Shown here one piece after another: positions 9,647-18,643 of a stretch of DNA of 64,000 nucleotides. Source of the DNA: an uncultured Alphaproteobacteria bacterium (GTDB taxonomy: Bacteria; Pseudomonadota; Alphaproteobacteria; HIMB59; GCA-002718135); NCBI GenBank assembly GCA_902518895.1, contig CABYHL010000001.1, forward strand, positions 81,038 through 145,037. The letters run 5' to 3'. The notes below the pieces were generated by a model that saw nothing but the letters and a program-made list of their open reading frames with translations, was not told the origin of the DNA and ran no database searches. The position numbers were made by a program, and so were the translations under genes. Every line of letters starts with the position of its first letter. Positions within the stretch are counted from its first letter, which is position 1.

Positions 9647-11260
9647 TTGAATAATATTGATATAGCAATTATTGGTGCAGGTTCTGCAGGAAGTATAATA
9701 GCAAATAAACTTCTGACTAAAACTAATTTTAATATAGCCCTTATTGAGGCTGGGCCTAAAGATAACAATCCTATTATTGACGTTCCTCTTGGTTATGGAA
9801 TGACATTTTATAATAAAAAAATTAATTGGAACTTCTATTCAGAAAAACAAGATAATTTATTCAATAGGCAAATATATTATCCGAGAGGTAAAGTTTTAGG
9901 TGGCTCTGGCTCAATAAATGCAATGGTCTATGCAAGAGGATTAGAAACAGATTATGAAAATTGGGGTAGCAATAAGGAATGGAGTTTTGAAAATATAAAA
10001 AAAGTATACAATTCTATGGAGCAACAAATAAATCACGATAAAGAATTTCTAACAAAAGAAAAGATTCCTGTAAATAATGTAAGTAAGCATCATCATCCAA
10101 TTTTAGAATATTTTTTTAATGCTAGTAATGAAATTGGTATTAAAAAAAATACAAATTTAACTACATCAGTCGAAAATCAAGTAGGTCATTATAATATTAA
10201 TACTTACAATGGTACTAGACATTCATCATCAAAAGTATTTTTAAAGCCTGTATTTAAAAATCCAAGACTTACAATATTAGACAATACTCAAGTTAAAAAT
10301 TTAATAATTAAAGATAAAAAAATTACTGGTGTTAAAATTAAAAATAAATCAACAGAACAAATAATACAACTATCTCATGGAGCAATTTTATGTTCTGGCT
10401 CTATAATGACGCCTTATTTGTTAATGCATTCTGGTATTGGTGACAAAGAGCACTTAAAAAAATTTGATAAAGAAATAATAATTGATAATTCTAATGTTGG
10501 AAGAAATCTTCAGGATCATCTTGGGTTAGATTATTTATTTAAAACTCATCATCATTCACTAAATAAATCGTTAGGAACTTGGCCAGGCAGAATTACTTCT
10601 GTATTAAAATATATTTATAATAGGAAAGGACCATTATCACTAAGTATTAATCAATCTGGAGGATATGTAAATTGGAATTCAAAACATCATTATCCCAACT
10701 TACAGATATATTTTAATCCGTTGACTTATTCTATCACTCATAAAAATAAAAGACCTCTTCTAAAAACTGATAAATTTAATGGTTTTATTATTGGTTATAA
10801 TTCTTGTCGACCAAAAAGTTTGGGTAGAGTTGAATTGAACTCTCCTAATTTTGATGATGTTCCATTGATTGATCCAAATTTTCTATCACATGAAGAAGAT
10901 ATATATGATGTGAAATGCGCAATTAATTTTTCTCAAGTTTTGGCGAATACAAATAGTATAAAAAAAATAAGAAATGAAAGTGTTACACATGATCTTTTAA
11001 ATGCTACTGAAGAAGAAATGATTGATCACTTTAAATCTAATGCAGTTTCTATATATCACCCTTGTGGTACTTGTAAAATGGATGAAGATCCTAAAAAAGG
11101 AGTTGTTTCTGAAAGATTAAAAGTTCATGGAATGGAGAATCTTTGGATTGCTGATGCATCTGTTTTTCCAAATATTACTTCTGGCAATATAAATGCCCCT
11201 GTAATGATGCTTGCTAATCTTGGAAGTAAATTTATTATTGAGGATTTAAATAAGATTTAA
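9647..11260 (+). CDS. GMC family FAD-dependent oxidoreductase (choline/sugar dehydrogenase-like), TTG start
   Basis: FAD fingerprint IIGAGSAGSIIANKL, GMC signature GGSGSINAMVYARG, C-terminal HPCGTCKM and ADASVFP. Confidence 0.85.
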   Translation: MNNIDIAIIGAGSAGSIIANKLLTKTNFNIALIEAGPKDNNPIIDVPLGYGMTFYNKKINWNFYSEKQDNLFNRQIYYPRGKVLGGSGSINAMVYARGLETDYENWGSNKEWSFENIKKVYNSMEQQINHDKEFLTKEKIPVNNVSKHHHPILEYFFNASNEIGIKKNTNLTTSVENQVGHYNINTYNGTRHSSSKVFLKPVFKNPRLTILDNTQVKNLIIKDKKITGVKIKNKSTEQIIQLSHGAILCSGSIMTPYLLMHSGIGDKEHLKKFDKEIIIDNSNVGRNLQDHLGLDYLFKTHHHSLNKSLGTWPGRITSVLKYIYNRKGPLSLSINQSGGYVNWNSKHHYPNLQIYFNPLTYSITHKNKRPLLKTDKFNGFIIGYNSCRPKSLGRVELNSPNFDDVPLIDPNFLSHEEDIYDVKCAINFSQVLANTNSIKKIRNESVTHDLLNATEEEMIDHFKSNAVSIYHPCGTCKMDEDPKKGVVSERLKVHGMENLWIADASVFPNITSGNINAPVMMLANLGSKFIIEDLNKI

Positions 11261-11263
11261 TTT

Positions 11264-12364
11264 ATGAAAATAGTTAAACTTGAAACATTTACAAAACCAT
11301 ACGTAAGTTTTGTAAAAATAACAGTTGAGGATGGATCAAATGGTTATGGTCAAATGTCAACTTATCATGCAGATATTACAGCTCAAATTTTTCATAAACA
11401 AGTAGCGCCATGGGTTTTAGGAAAAGAATATTTTGATTTTGATGATCTAGAAGATTTTATCTTTGAAAGAGAACATAAATTTCCTGGATCATATCTTCTA
11501 CGTGCTATTGCTGGATTAGATACAGCATTGTGGGATTTAAAGGGGAAAATCGAAAATAAACCTGTAGTTTCATTGATAGGAGGGTCTCCAGGAAATTTGA
11601 GAATTTATGGTTCATCAATGAAAAGAGATATTACACCAGATAATGAAGCAGAAAGATTTAAAAAACTCTTTAATGAAAAGGGGGTTAATGCATTTAAATT
11701 TAGAGTTGGTTCTGAATGTGGAAGAGGAGTTGATGAATGGGAAGGAAGAACACACAGTATAGTAAAAACAATAAATTCGACTTTAGATAAAAGTGTAATT
11801 AAAATGGTAGATGCTAACAGTTGCTATAGTTCTGATCAAGCAATAGAAATTGGCAAACTTTTAGAAGACAATAATGTTACTCATTTTGAGGAACCTTGCC
11901 CTTATTGGAAACCAGAAGAAACTAAAAAAGTTACTGATAGTTTGAAGATAGATGTTACTGGGGGAGAACAAGATTGTGATCTAAGAATTTGGAGAGATAT
12001 GGTTAACAGAAAAATTGTAAATATTTTTCAGCCAGATGTTATGTATATGGGAGGATTAACAAAAGCTTTGAAGGTTGCTAAAATTATTGAAAATGGAGGT
12101 TTTATATGTACTCCACATACAGCTAATTTATCTTTAGTAACAATTTGTACAATGCATTTTTTAAAAGCAATAAATAATGCAGGCCCTTATCTAGAATTTT
12201 CAATAGAAGGAGAGGATTATTATCCATGGCAACAGAATTTATTTTTAGATGATCCTTTTACAATATCTAACGGAATGGTAAAAATTGAAGATACTCCTGG
12301 TTGGGGTATCGAGATTAATCCTGAGTGGTTGGATAAATCTGAATATCAAAAGACAGAAATATAA
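11264..12364 (+). CDS. Enolase-superfamily (mandelate racemase/muconate lactonizing enzyme family) acid-sugar dehydratase-like protein
   Basis: Capping plus barrel domain pattern with candidate metal ligands in VDANSCY, HFEEP, GGEQD. Confidence 0.75.
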   Translation: MKIVKLETFTKPYVSFVKITVEDGSNGYGQMSTYHADITAQIFHKQVAPWVLGKEYFDFDDLEDFIFEREHKFPGSYLLRAIAGLDTALWDLKGKIENKPVVSLIGGSPGNLRIYGSSMKRDITPDNEAERFKKLFNEKGVNAFKFRVGSECGRGVDEWEGRTHSIVKTINSTLDKSVIKMVDANSCYSSDQAIEIGKLLEDNNVTHFEEPCPYWKPEETKKVTDSLKIDVTGGEQDCDLRIWRDMVNRKIVNIFQPDVMYMGGLTKALKVAKIIENGGFICTPHTANLSLVTICTMHFLKAINNAGPYLEFSIEGEDYYPWQQNLFLDDPFTISNGMVKIEDTPGWGIEINPEWLDKSEYQKTEI

Positions 12365-12368
12365 AATA

Positions 12369-13028
12369 ATGATTAAAAATATAATTTTTGATTTTGATGG
12401 AGTAATAGTTGATAGTGAAGTGCTAGCTTCTAAAGCATTTTCAAAATATTTAAGTAAATTTGATAAATCAATTAAAGAGGAGCAATTTTATAAATATGCT
12501 GGAAAAAAAACTGTTGAAGTAATAGATTTATTATCAGCTAAATATAAGATTGAAAATAAAGAAAAATTTACAAACGAAATATATGATATTGTTTTAGAAA
12601 TTTATTCCAAGGATTTACAACTAGTTGATGGAGCAAAAGATTATATTGGTAAATCAGATAGAAATCACTTTATTGGATCTAACAGTAATAAGGATAGAAT
12701 TCTTGATGGATTGAAGCTTGTTGGATTAGATAAATTTTTTTTAAGTAATCAAGTTTACTCATTCGATATGGTTAAAAGACCAAAACCTGATCCAGATATA
12801 TACTTAAAGGTTTTAAATGACAATTCACTTAATAGAGAAGAGTCAGTCATTATTGAAGATAGTGGAGTAGGTGTTAAAGCAGCAAATGCAGCAGGAGTAA
12901 GGGTATTTGGTCTTACTGCAGGAAAACATTGGCATTCAAATAGAGATAAAAATGAATTATTTGACAATGGTGCGTTGAATGTATTTAGTGATTATGAAAG
13001 TTTAGGTAAGGCAATAGAGGAACTTTAA
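12369..13028 (+). CDS. HAD-superfamily hydrolase (beta-phosphoglucomutase/phosphatase-like)
   Basis: Motif I FDFDGVIVDSE and motif IV region IIEDSGVGVKAANAAG. ATG 12369 chosen; the track's 12285 start would overlap the previous gene by 80 nt. Confidence 0.8.
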   Translation: MIKNIIFDFDGVIVDSEVLASKAFSKYLSKFDKSIKEEQFYKYAGKKTVEVIDLLSAKYKIENKEKFTNEIYDIVLEIYSKDLQLVDGAKDYIGKSDRNHFIGSNSNKDRILDGLKLVGLDKFFLSNQVYSFDMVKRPKPDPDIYLKVLNDNSLNREESVIIEDSGVGVKAANAAGVRVFGLTAGKHWHSNRDKNELFDNGALNVFSDYESLGKAIEEL

Positions 13029-13487
13029 ATGGGACCAGATGTAAAAGGAAATCCACTTTATATTTCAGTCTATCTTTTAATAGCTTCCTATATTTTAGGT
13101 GAATTTATTTTTCCTAAATATCCACTGCTATATATTCTTAATCTTTTTGGATTATTAATTATAATTTTAATGCCAATCGTATTTTTTTCCTCAAGAAATG
13201 CATTTAATGCACATGAAGAAAAATTACCTCCCCAAACTGATACAAATAAAATTATAAAAACTGGAATATATGCTTACTCTAGAAATCCTATTTATCTATG
13301 TTTTGTTTTATTTCATTTTGGTATGTTTCTTACTTTCGAAAACATTATGTATTTCCTTTGCTCTGTAGGATTATTTTTTTGGTTAAATAATTTTGTAATA
13401 TATGAAGAGGAAAAATATTTAAAAGATAAATTTGGGGATGAATTTGAAAGATATTGTAATTCGGTTAAAAGATGGATTTTTTTCTAG
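13029..13487 (+). CDS. Isoprenylcysteine carboxyl/phospholipid methyltransferase-family membrane protein
   Basis: Hydrophobic spans plus C-terminal YSRNPIYL ... EEEKYLKDKFGDEFERY pattern typical of ICMT/PEMT-like enzymes. Confidence 0.6.
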   Translation: MGPDVKGNPLYISVYLLIASYILGEFIFPKYPLLYILNLFGLLIIILMPIVFFSSRNAFNAHEEKLPPQTDTNKIIKTGIYAYSRNPIYLCFVLFHFGMFLTFENIMYFLCSVGLFFWLNNFVIYEEEKYLKDKFGDEFERYCNSVKRWIFF

Positions 13488-14344
13488 TTAAAATTTATTG
13501 ATGAAATTTTATGATTTTTTTCAAATTTAATAACGATCTGAGCTTTTTTATTTAGATCCTTCATCATCCATTTAGTTATCTTCTCATAATGTTGAACAAA
13601 ATATTTAATTTCATTTGGAGTCATTCTTTTTGATTTTTTATTTTTTGATTGATTACTTTTTTCCTGCTTTAACCGCCATTCAAAAACATTATCAAAAGAC
13701 GATGTTTTCAAAAAAATAAGTTCATCAAATAGTTTAAATAATTTTTTATATTCTAATTTTAATTTATTATTATAGAAATTTCTCCATTGATATTTTGGAT
13801 CTTTAATTTTTTCCAAATTATTTATATTTTTATGAAGAATTTTTTTTGGAATTTCTGAACTTCCACAACACCAACCTTCTAAGAAAAGAATATCACATTT
13901 AGTTTTAATTATTTTTGTTGATTTAGTTGTGTCGTCAATCAATTTATCAAATAGAGGGGTTGTGATAGGGTATTTACTATTATTGAATTGTTTTATATCT
14001 TTAACTAATTTTTCAATATTATGTGTTCCTGGAACACCTCGAGTTATTAACAATTGATGTATTTTTTTTGAAAATTGTAATCGTTGTTTTCTTGATAAAT
14101 AGTAATTATCTAAACTAAGCAAAAGAATTTTCTTATTATAAAATTTTTCAATAGTTTTAGAGATAATATTAATAAATGATGATTTTCCAATACCCTGAGA
14201 GCCTCCAAATAGGAATTTTTTTGATTTACTAGAGCAAATATAATTTATAATTGGAATTAATTTATCTTCTATGTACTTTTTGGAATATTTTTTATTATAT
14301 GTTTTGTGTATTTCTATTTGAATATAGTCTATTAATGCACTCAT
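13484..14344 (-). CDS. P-loop kinase, D-glycerate 3-kinase (GLYK/COG4240)-like
   Basis: Walker A GGSQGIGKSS, then SLDNYYLSRKQR, RGVPGTHN and ILFLEGWCCG, matching the plant/cyanobacterial glycerate-kinase pattern. Confidence 0.6.
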   Translation of the reverse strand: MSALIDYIQIEIHKTYNKKYSKKYIEDKLIPIINYICSSKSKKFLFGGSQGIGKSSFINIISKTIEKFYNKKILLLSLDNYYLSRKQRLQFSKKIHQLLITRGVPGTHNIEKLVKDIKQFNNSKYPITTPLFDKLIDDTTKSTKIIKTKCDILFLEGWCCGSSEIPKKILHKNINNLEKIKDPKYQWRNFYNNKLKLEYKKLFKLFDELIFLKTSSFDNVFEWRLKQEKSNQSKNKKSKRMTPNEIKYFVQHYEKITKWMMKDLNKKAQIVIKFEKNHKISSINFN

Positions 14345-14376
14345 TTAATATTTATTTATAAACAAAATATTTATAC

Positions 14377-14967
14377 ATGAAATTTCTTTTTGATTTAGGC
14401 GGTGTTTTTTTTGATTGGGACCCTCATTTTTTTTATAAAGATGTAATTAAAGATAAAGAAGAAAGAGACAATTTTCTCAATAATATTTGCAATGATGAAT
14501 GGAATATCCAACAAGATGCTGGAAGACTTATAAAAGATGCTGAAACTGATCTAATAAAAATTTATCCTAATTATGAAGATAAAATTAAATTATATTATAA
14601 AAATCATCAAAAAATGTTCAGAAAAATCTTTCAGTATTCAGTTGATGTTTTAGATGATTTAAAAAATAAAAAATATGAGTGTTATGTTTTGTCAAACTGG
14701 TCTTGGGAAACATTTCAAGATATGGATAAAAAATATCCATTCTTAAATAAATTTGATGGCCTAATAATATCTGGAAAAGAAAAATTGGTTAAACCTAATG
14801 CTCAAATATATAAGTTAGCTATAAGTCGTTTTAATCTAATTCCAGAGGAAACTGTATTTATTGATGATAAAAAAGAGAATATTGAGGCTGCAAAGAAACT
14901 TGGTTTTTTAACTATACATTTAACTGACCCTGAAATAATAATTCACGAAATTAATAAATTTATTTAA
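14377..14967 (+). CDS. HAD-superfamily phosphatase, YihX-like (DLGxV variant)
   Basis: Motif I FDLGGVFFDW, motif II VLSN, motif IV FIDDKKENIEAAKKLG. Confidence 0.7.
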   Translation: MKFLFDLGGVFFDWDPHFFYKDVIKDKEERDNFLNNICNDEWNIQQDAGRLIKDAETDLIKIYPNYEDKIKLYYKNHQKMFRKIFQYSVDVLDDLKNKKYECYVLSNWSWETFQDMDKKYPFLNKFDGLIISGKEKLVKPNAQIYKLAISRFNLIPEETVFIDDKKENIEAAKKLGFLTIHLTDPEIIIHEINKFI

Positions 14968-14974
14968 TTTAAGC

Positions 14975-16126
14975 ATGAATGAAACTTTTGATATTTTAGT
15001 TATTGGTGGAGGTATTAATGGTGCTGGAATTGTTAGAGATGCATCAGGTAGAAATTTAAAAGTTTGTTTAGTTGAAAAAAACACGGTTGGCTCAGCCACC
15101 TCGTCATGGTCTACAAAATTAATACATGGCGGATTAAGGTATCTTGAAAATTATGAATTTCGCCTTGTACGTGAATCTCTCAAGGAAAGAGAAGTAATTA
15201 AAAAAATTGCCAGTAATATAACGACAGAATTACCTTTTATTATACCTTATCAAAAATCTTTAAGACCTAAATGGTTAATTAAATTAGGATTATTTTTATA
15301 TGATAATATTGGTGGTAAAATGACAATACCAAAATCTTCAACTATAAATATTAAAAAGGAAATGCCTAATATTTTAAAAGATCAATTTAAAATTGGTTTC
15401 CAATATTATGATTTACAAGTTGATGATAAAAAACTTGTTCAATTAAATGTTGAAGATGCAAAGAAAAAAGGTGCTGTGATTATTCAAAATAGAAAAGTTA
15501 TAGACGCAAAACGAAATAAAAATATTTGGGATATAACTTTAGATGATAATACTATACTTAAATCTAAAATTCTTATAAATGCTGCCGGGCCTTGGATAAA
15601 TGAAGTTTTAAGCAATGTCATTAAATTAAATTCAAATAAATCAATTCGACTTGTAAAAGGTAGTCACATAATAACTAAAAGTCTTTACAGTCAGAAAAAA
15701 GCTTTCACTTTACAAAATGAAGATAACAGAATAATTTTTGTCATACCTTATAAAGATGAATATTCTCTTATTGGCACCACCGAAACAGAAGTTTTTTCAC
15801 CAGAAAACCCAAAAATTGATGAAAGTGAAATTGATTATTTATTAAATTCAGTAAATAAATATTTCATTAAACAAATATCGAAAGATGATATTGTAAATTC
15901 TTATTCTGGAATTAGACCACTTATTGAAGATTTCAAAGAAGCATCAAAAGTTACTAGAGACTATATATTCGACTTAAATGAAGATGGTTCACAAGCACCA
16001 TTATTAAGCATCTATGGAGGAAAACTAACGACTTATAGAAAATTAGCTGAAAATGTTCTTTTAACTCTTAATAAACATATTTCAATAAATAAGGAAAATT
16101 CTTGGACTGCTAAACAAAAACTATAA
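14975..16126 (+). CDS. glpD: FAD-dependent glycerol-3-phosphate dehydrogenase, short form lacking the usual C-terminal domain
   Basis: DILVIGGGINGAGIVRDASGRNLKVCLVEK, STKLIHGGLRYLE, GGKLTTYRKLAE. Ends at 383 aa, shortly after the GGKLTTYR motif. Confidence 0.8.
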   Translation: MNETFDILVIGGGINGAGIVRDASGRNLKVCLVEKNTVGSATSSWSTKLIHGGLRYLENYEFRLVRESLKEREVIKKIASNITTELPFIIPYQKSLRPKWLIKLGLFLYDNIGGKMTIPKSSTINIKKEMPNILKDQFKIGFQYYDLQVDDKKLVQLNVEDAKKKGAVIIQNRKVIDAKRNKNIWDITLDDNTILKSKILINAAGPWINEVLSNVIKLNSNKSIRLVKGSHIITKSLYSQKKAFTLQNEDNRIIFVIPYKDEYSLIGTTETEVFSPENPKIDESEIDYLLNSVNKYFIKQISKDDIVNSYSGIRPLIEDFKEASKVTRDYIFDLNEDGSQAPLLSIYGGKLTTYRKLAENVLLTLNKHISINKENSWTAKQKL

Positions 16127-16158
16127 TTGGTATCCCTCTTAAATAACTTTTCAAATTT

Positions 16159-16227
16159 GGTGGGCAGAAAAGTTTTATAAGAGGAATACTTCTTATAGGA
16201 GGAAATAATATGAACCCTCTGCCCATC
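16159..16227. other. Nested RNA-like structure in a convergent spacer (candidate small RNA or micro-ORF locus)
   Basis: 10-bp outer helix GGTGGGCAGA (16159-16168) / TCTGCCCATC (16218-16227, one G-U) encloses an inner hairpin TATAAGA-N8-TCTTATA (16176-16197). It also encloses AGGAGG (16197-16202) and an ATG at 16210 that opens an 11-codon ORF, stop included (MNPLPIIILV). Confidence 0.3.
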
Positions 16228-16271
16228 ATCATTTTAGTTTAAATTTATAATGTTTATTGAAAATTTTTAAA

Positions 16272-16307
16272 AAGGGGATTTATTGCCCCTTAAATTAGGG
16301 GCAATAA
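16272..16307. terminator. Bidirectional terminator region with two mutually exclusive hairpins
   Basis: TTATTGCCCC-N8-GGGGCAATAA (16280-16307) or AAGGGG-N8-CCCCTT (16272-16291). On the minus strand the structure follows the ATPase stop and is followed by a T-rich run. Confidence 0.55.
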
Positions 16308-16321
16308 TCAATACGATTCTA

Positions 16322-17401
16322 TTATTTAAATGCTTGTCCTGAACTATCAAATAATTGGCATCTTCCAGCAGGAAAACCTACTTTTACAGTATCACCAACT
16401 TTAATTTCTGAATGTCCTTCAGTTTCAGCAACTAATGGCTCTCCATCTTTTTCAAGGTATAGGTAAGTAACGTCACCAAGTTTTTCGACAACAAATACTT
16501 TACTTTCCCAAGATCCGTCTGAGTCACCATTTACCACTAAGTGTTCAGGTCTAATACCTAGAGTTACTGAATCACCCTCTGAGGAGGATGCGGAAATTTT
16601 AGAGACTGATATTTTTGACATTCCCATAATATCAACTTCTGTAGCATCAGAACTTTTGCTTAATATCTTACTAGAAATAAAGTTCATTTTTGGTGATCCA
16701 ATAAATCCACCTACGAACATATTATTCGGTCTATCATAAAGTTCTAATGGAGATCCTTTTTGTGAAACAATACCTGTATCAAGAACAACAATATCATCAG
16801 CTAAAGTCATAGCTTCTGTCTGATCATGTGTAACATAGATCATTGTTGCTTCTAGTTCATTATGAAGTTTTGCTAATTCAACTCTCATTTGAACCCTTAA
16901 TGCAGCATCAAGGTTTGAAAGCGGTTCATCAAATAAGAAAACTTTTGGCTTTCTTGTAATTGCTCTTCCAATAGCAACACGTTGTCTTTGACCACCAGAA
17001 AGTTGTTTTGGTTTTCTTTGAAGATAATCTTCTATTTGAAGAATTCTTGCTGCCTCATTAACTCTTTCATTAATTTCATCTTTTGATCTTTTTTCTAATT
17101 TCAAACCAAAAGCCATGTTATCAAATACAGTCATGTGAGGGTATAAAGCATAAGATTGAAACACCATTGCAATATTTCTTTGCTTTGGTGGTAAATCATT
17201 AACTACCTGACCATCAATTGAAATTGTACCTGAATTTATATCTTCAAGTCCTGCAATCATTCTTAACATAGTTGATTTACCACAACCACTAGGTCCAACT
17301 AGAACTGTGAATGATTGACTTTTGATATCTAGAGATACGTCTTTAATTACGTGGACATCTCCAAAATATTTATTAACAGTATTTATATTTATATCTGCCA
17401 C
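16322..17401 (-). CDS. ABC sugar transporter ATP-binding protein, MalK/UgpC type
   Basis: Walker A GPSGCGKST, signature LSGGQRQRV, Walker B FLFDEPLS, C-terminal regulatory/TOBE-like domain. GTG 17401 is preferred over the track's 17452 because AAGGAGG sits 5 nt upstream and VADININ... matches the usual MalK N-terminus. Confidence 0.88.
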   Translation of the reverse strand: MADININTVNKYFGDVHVIKDVSLDIKSQSFTVLVGPSGCGKSTMLRMIAGLEDINSGTISIDGQVVNDLPPKQRNIAMVFQSYALYPHMTVFDNMAFGLKLEKRSKDEINERVNEAARILQIEDYLQRKPKQLSGGQRQRVAIGRAITRKPKVFLFDEPLSNLDAALRVQMRVELAKLHNELEATMIYVTHDQTEAMTLADDIVVLDTGIVSQKGSPLELYDRPNNMFVGGFIGSPKMNFISSKILSKSSDATEVDIMGMSKISVSKISASSSEGDSVTLGIRPEHLVVNGDSDGSWESKVFVVEKLGDVTYLYLEKDGEPLVAETEGHSEIKVGDTVKVGFPAGRCQLFDSSGQAFK

Positions 17402-17503
17402 TTCATCCTCCTTTGAGCGATCTTTCAAGTGTATGAATACATCATCATACAAATATAAATTTATTTAACGATAATTTAAAATAAAAATCAATAGTTTTTA
17501 ATA

Positions 17504-18643
17504 CTATCCCTTAACTGATCCTGCTACTAATCCTCTTATAAAATATCTCTGAAGGGCAAAAAAGATAAATAAAGGTACTGTCATTGAAACAAACGCTCCA
17601 GTTGTCAATATTTCCCAATTTTCTCCCCTTGATCCAAGTAATTCTTTTAGTTTAGCAGTTAAAATTATTTCACTTGGAACCTGATCTAAGAATACTAGAC
17701 CTACCAATAAATCATTCCAACACCATAAAAATTGCAATATAAATATTGAAGCAAATGCAGGTATTGATAAAGGAATAATTATACGTAAAAAAATATCATA
17801 ATGAGAAGCGCCATCAACTTTAGCAGCTTCCATCATTTCATTAGGCAAGCTTTTTAAGAAATTTCTCAATAAGAAAGTAGTCGAAGCTAATCCAAAACCA
17901 GTATGCGCCATCCATACTCCAGGATATGATTTTGCTGCTACGCCAAATAATGCACCAAAATCATTATAAATTGTTAGTATTGGTATTAAAGACATTTGAA
18001 GAGGAACAACAAGAGACGCAATTATTATCGCTAAAAGAGTGTCTCTTCCATAAAACCTCATCCAAGTTAAGGAGTAGGCAAAAAAGGAACATATTATTAA
18101 TGGTATCAACGTTGAAGGTAGAGCAACAGCCATTGTGTTAACAAATGCTCTTCCAATTCCTTCTTTGAGTAAAACTTCTCTATAATTTTCAAAAGTAAAT
18201 GAAGGCGGGCTCAATGATGTAGTAAATAATCGTTTCCCTTTTTTCTTTTGAAATTCACTTTTTGATCTCCATTCATAATTTCCATTCTCATCTAGTATGA
18301 CTTCACTCTCATCTTTAAAAATAGCAATATCACCAATCTTAAATTCATTTATTTTTTTAGAATTTATACCAAAGCTTTCAATTTTTTTTCCTGAATTGTC
18401 TTCAAATAATTTTCCTTTAATTTTAAAATAACCATCTTCCTCTATTTGAGATTCCATTCCCGACATTCTGTATATTTCATTTATTTCAGTTGTAGTTAAA
18501 GCTGTCCACCAACCACTTATAGCAAGCAAATCTTTATCTCTTAAAGAGCTTATAAAGAGTCCAAAAGTTGGAATGATCCATATAATGACAAAAAACAATA
18601 ACAATAATTGTGATAAGATTGACGATAATGAAATTTTCTTCAT
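17504..18643 (-). CDS. ABC sugar transporter permease, MalG type with about 110-aa periplasmic insertion (AglG-like architecture)
   Basis: EAA loop MMEAAKVDGASHYDIFLRIIIPL. Long hydrophilic segment between the first two hydrophobic spans. Confidence 0.85.
   Translation of the reverse strand: MKKISLSSILSQLLLLFFVIIWIIPTFGLFISSLRDKDLLAISGWWTALTTTEINEIYRMSGMESQIEEDGYFKIKGKLFEDNSGKKIESFGINSKKINEFKIGDIAIFKDESEVILDENGNYEWRSKSEFQKKKGKRLFTTSLSPPSFTFENYREVLLKEGIGRAFVNTMAVALPSTLIPLIICSFFAYSLTWMRFYGRDTLLAIIIASLVVPLQMSLIPILTIYNDFGALFGVAAKSYPGVWMAHTGFGLASTTFLLRNFLKSLPNEMMEAAKVDGASHYDIFLRIIIPLSIPAFASIFILQFLWCWNDLLVGLVFLDQVPSEIILTAKLKELLGSRGENWEILTTGAFVSMTVPLFIFFALQRYFIRGLVAGSVKG

Noticed and set aside
12285-12368. 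N-terminal extensions implied by the ORF track at 12285, and similarly at 3705, 17452, 21064, 40258, 44198, 44180, 48254, 52111 and 53369
   Set aside because: Internal ATG/GTG starts give compact junctions (ATGA/TAATG overlaps or an adjacent Shine-Dalgarno). They also match the conserved N-termini of the families. The extensions would overlap upstream genes or add non-conserved residues.
16127-16250. 40-codon minus-strand ORF (MMMGRGFILFPPIRSIPLIKLFCPPNLKSYLRGIPIIVFV) in the glpD/ATPase spacer
   Set aside because: It has no ribosome-binding site and runs into the antisense of glpD. Its sequence is simply the complement of the structured element, so the plus-strand structure and micro-ORF are the more parsimonious reading.
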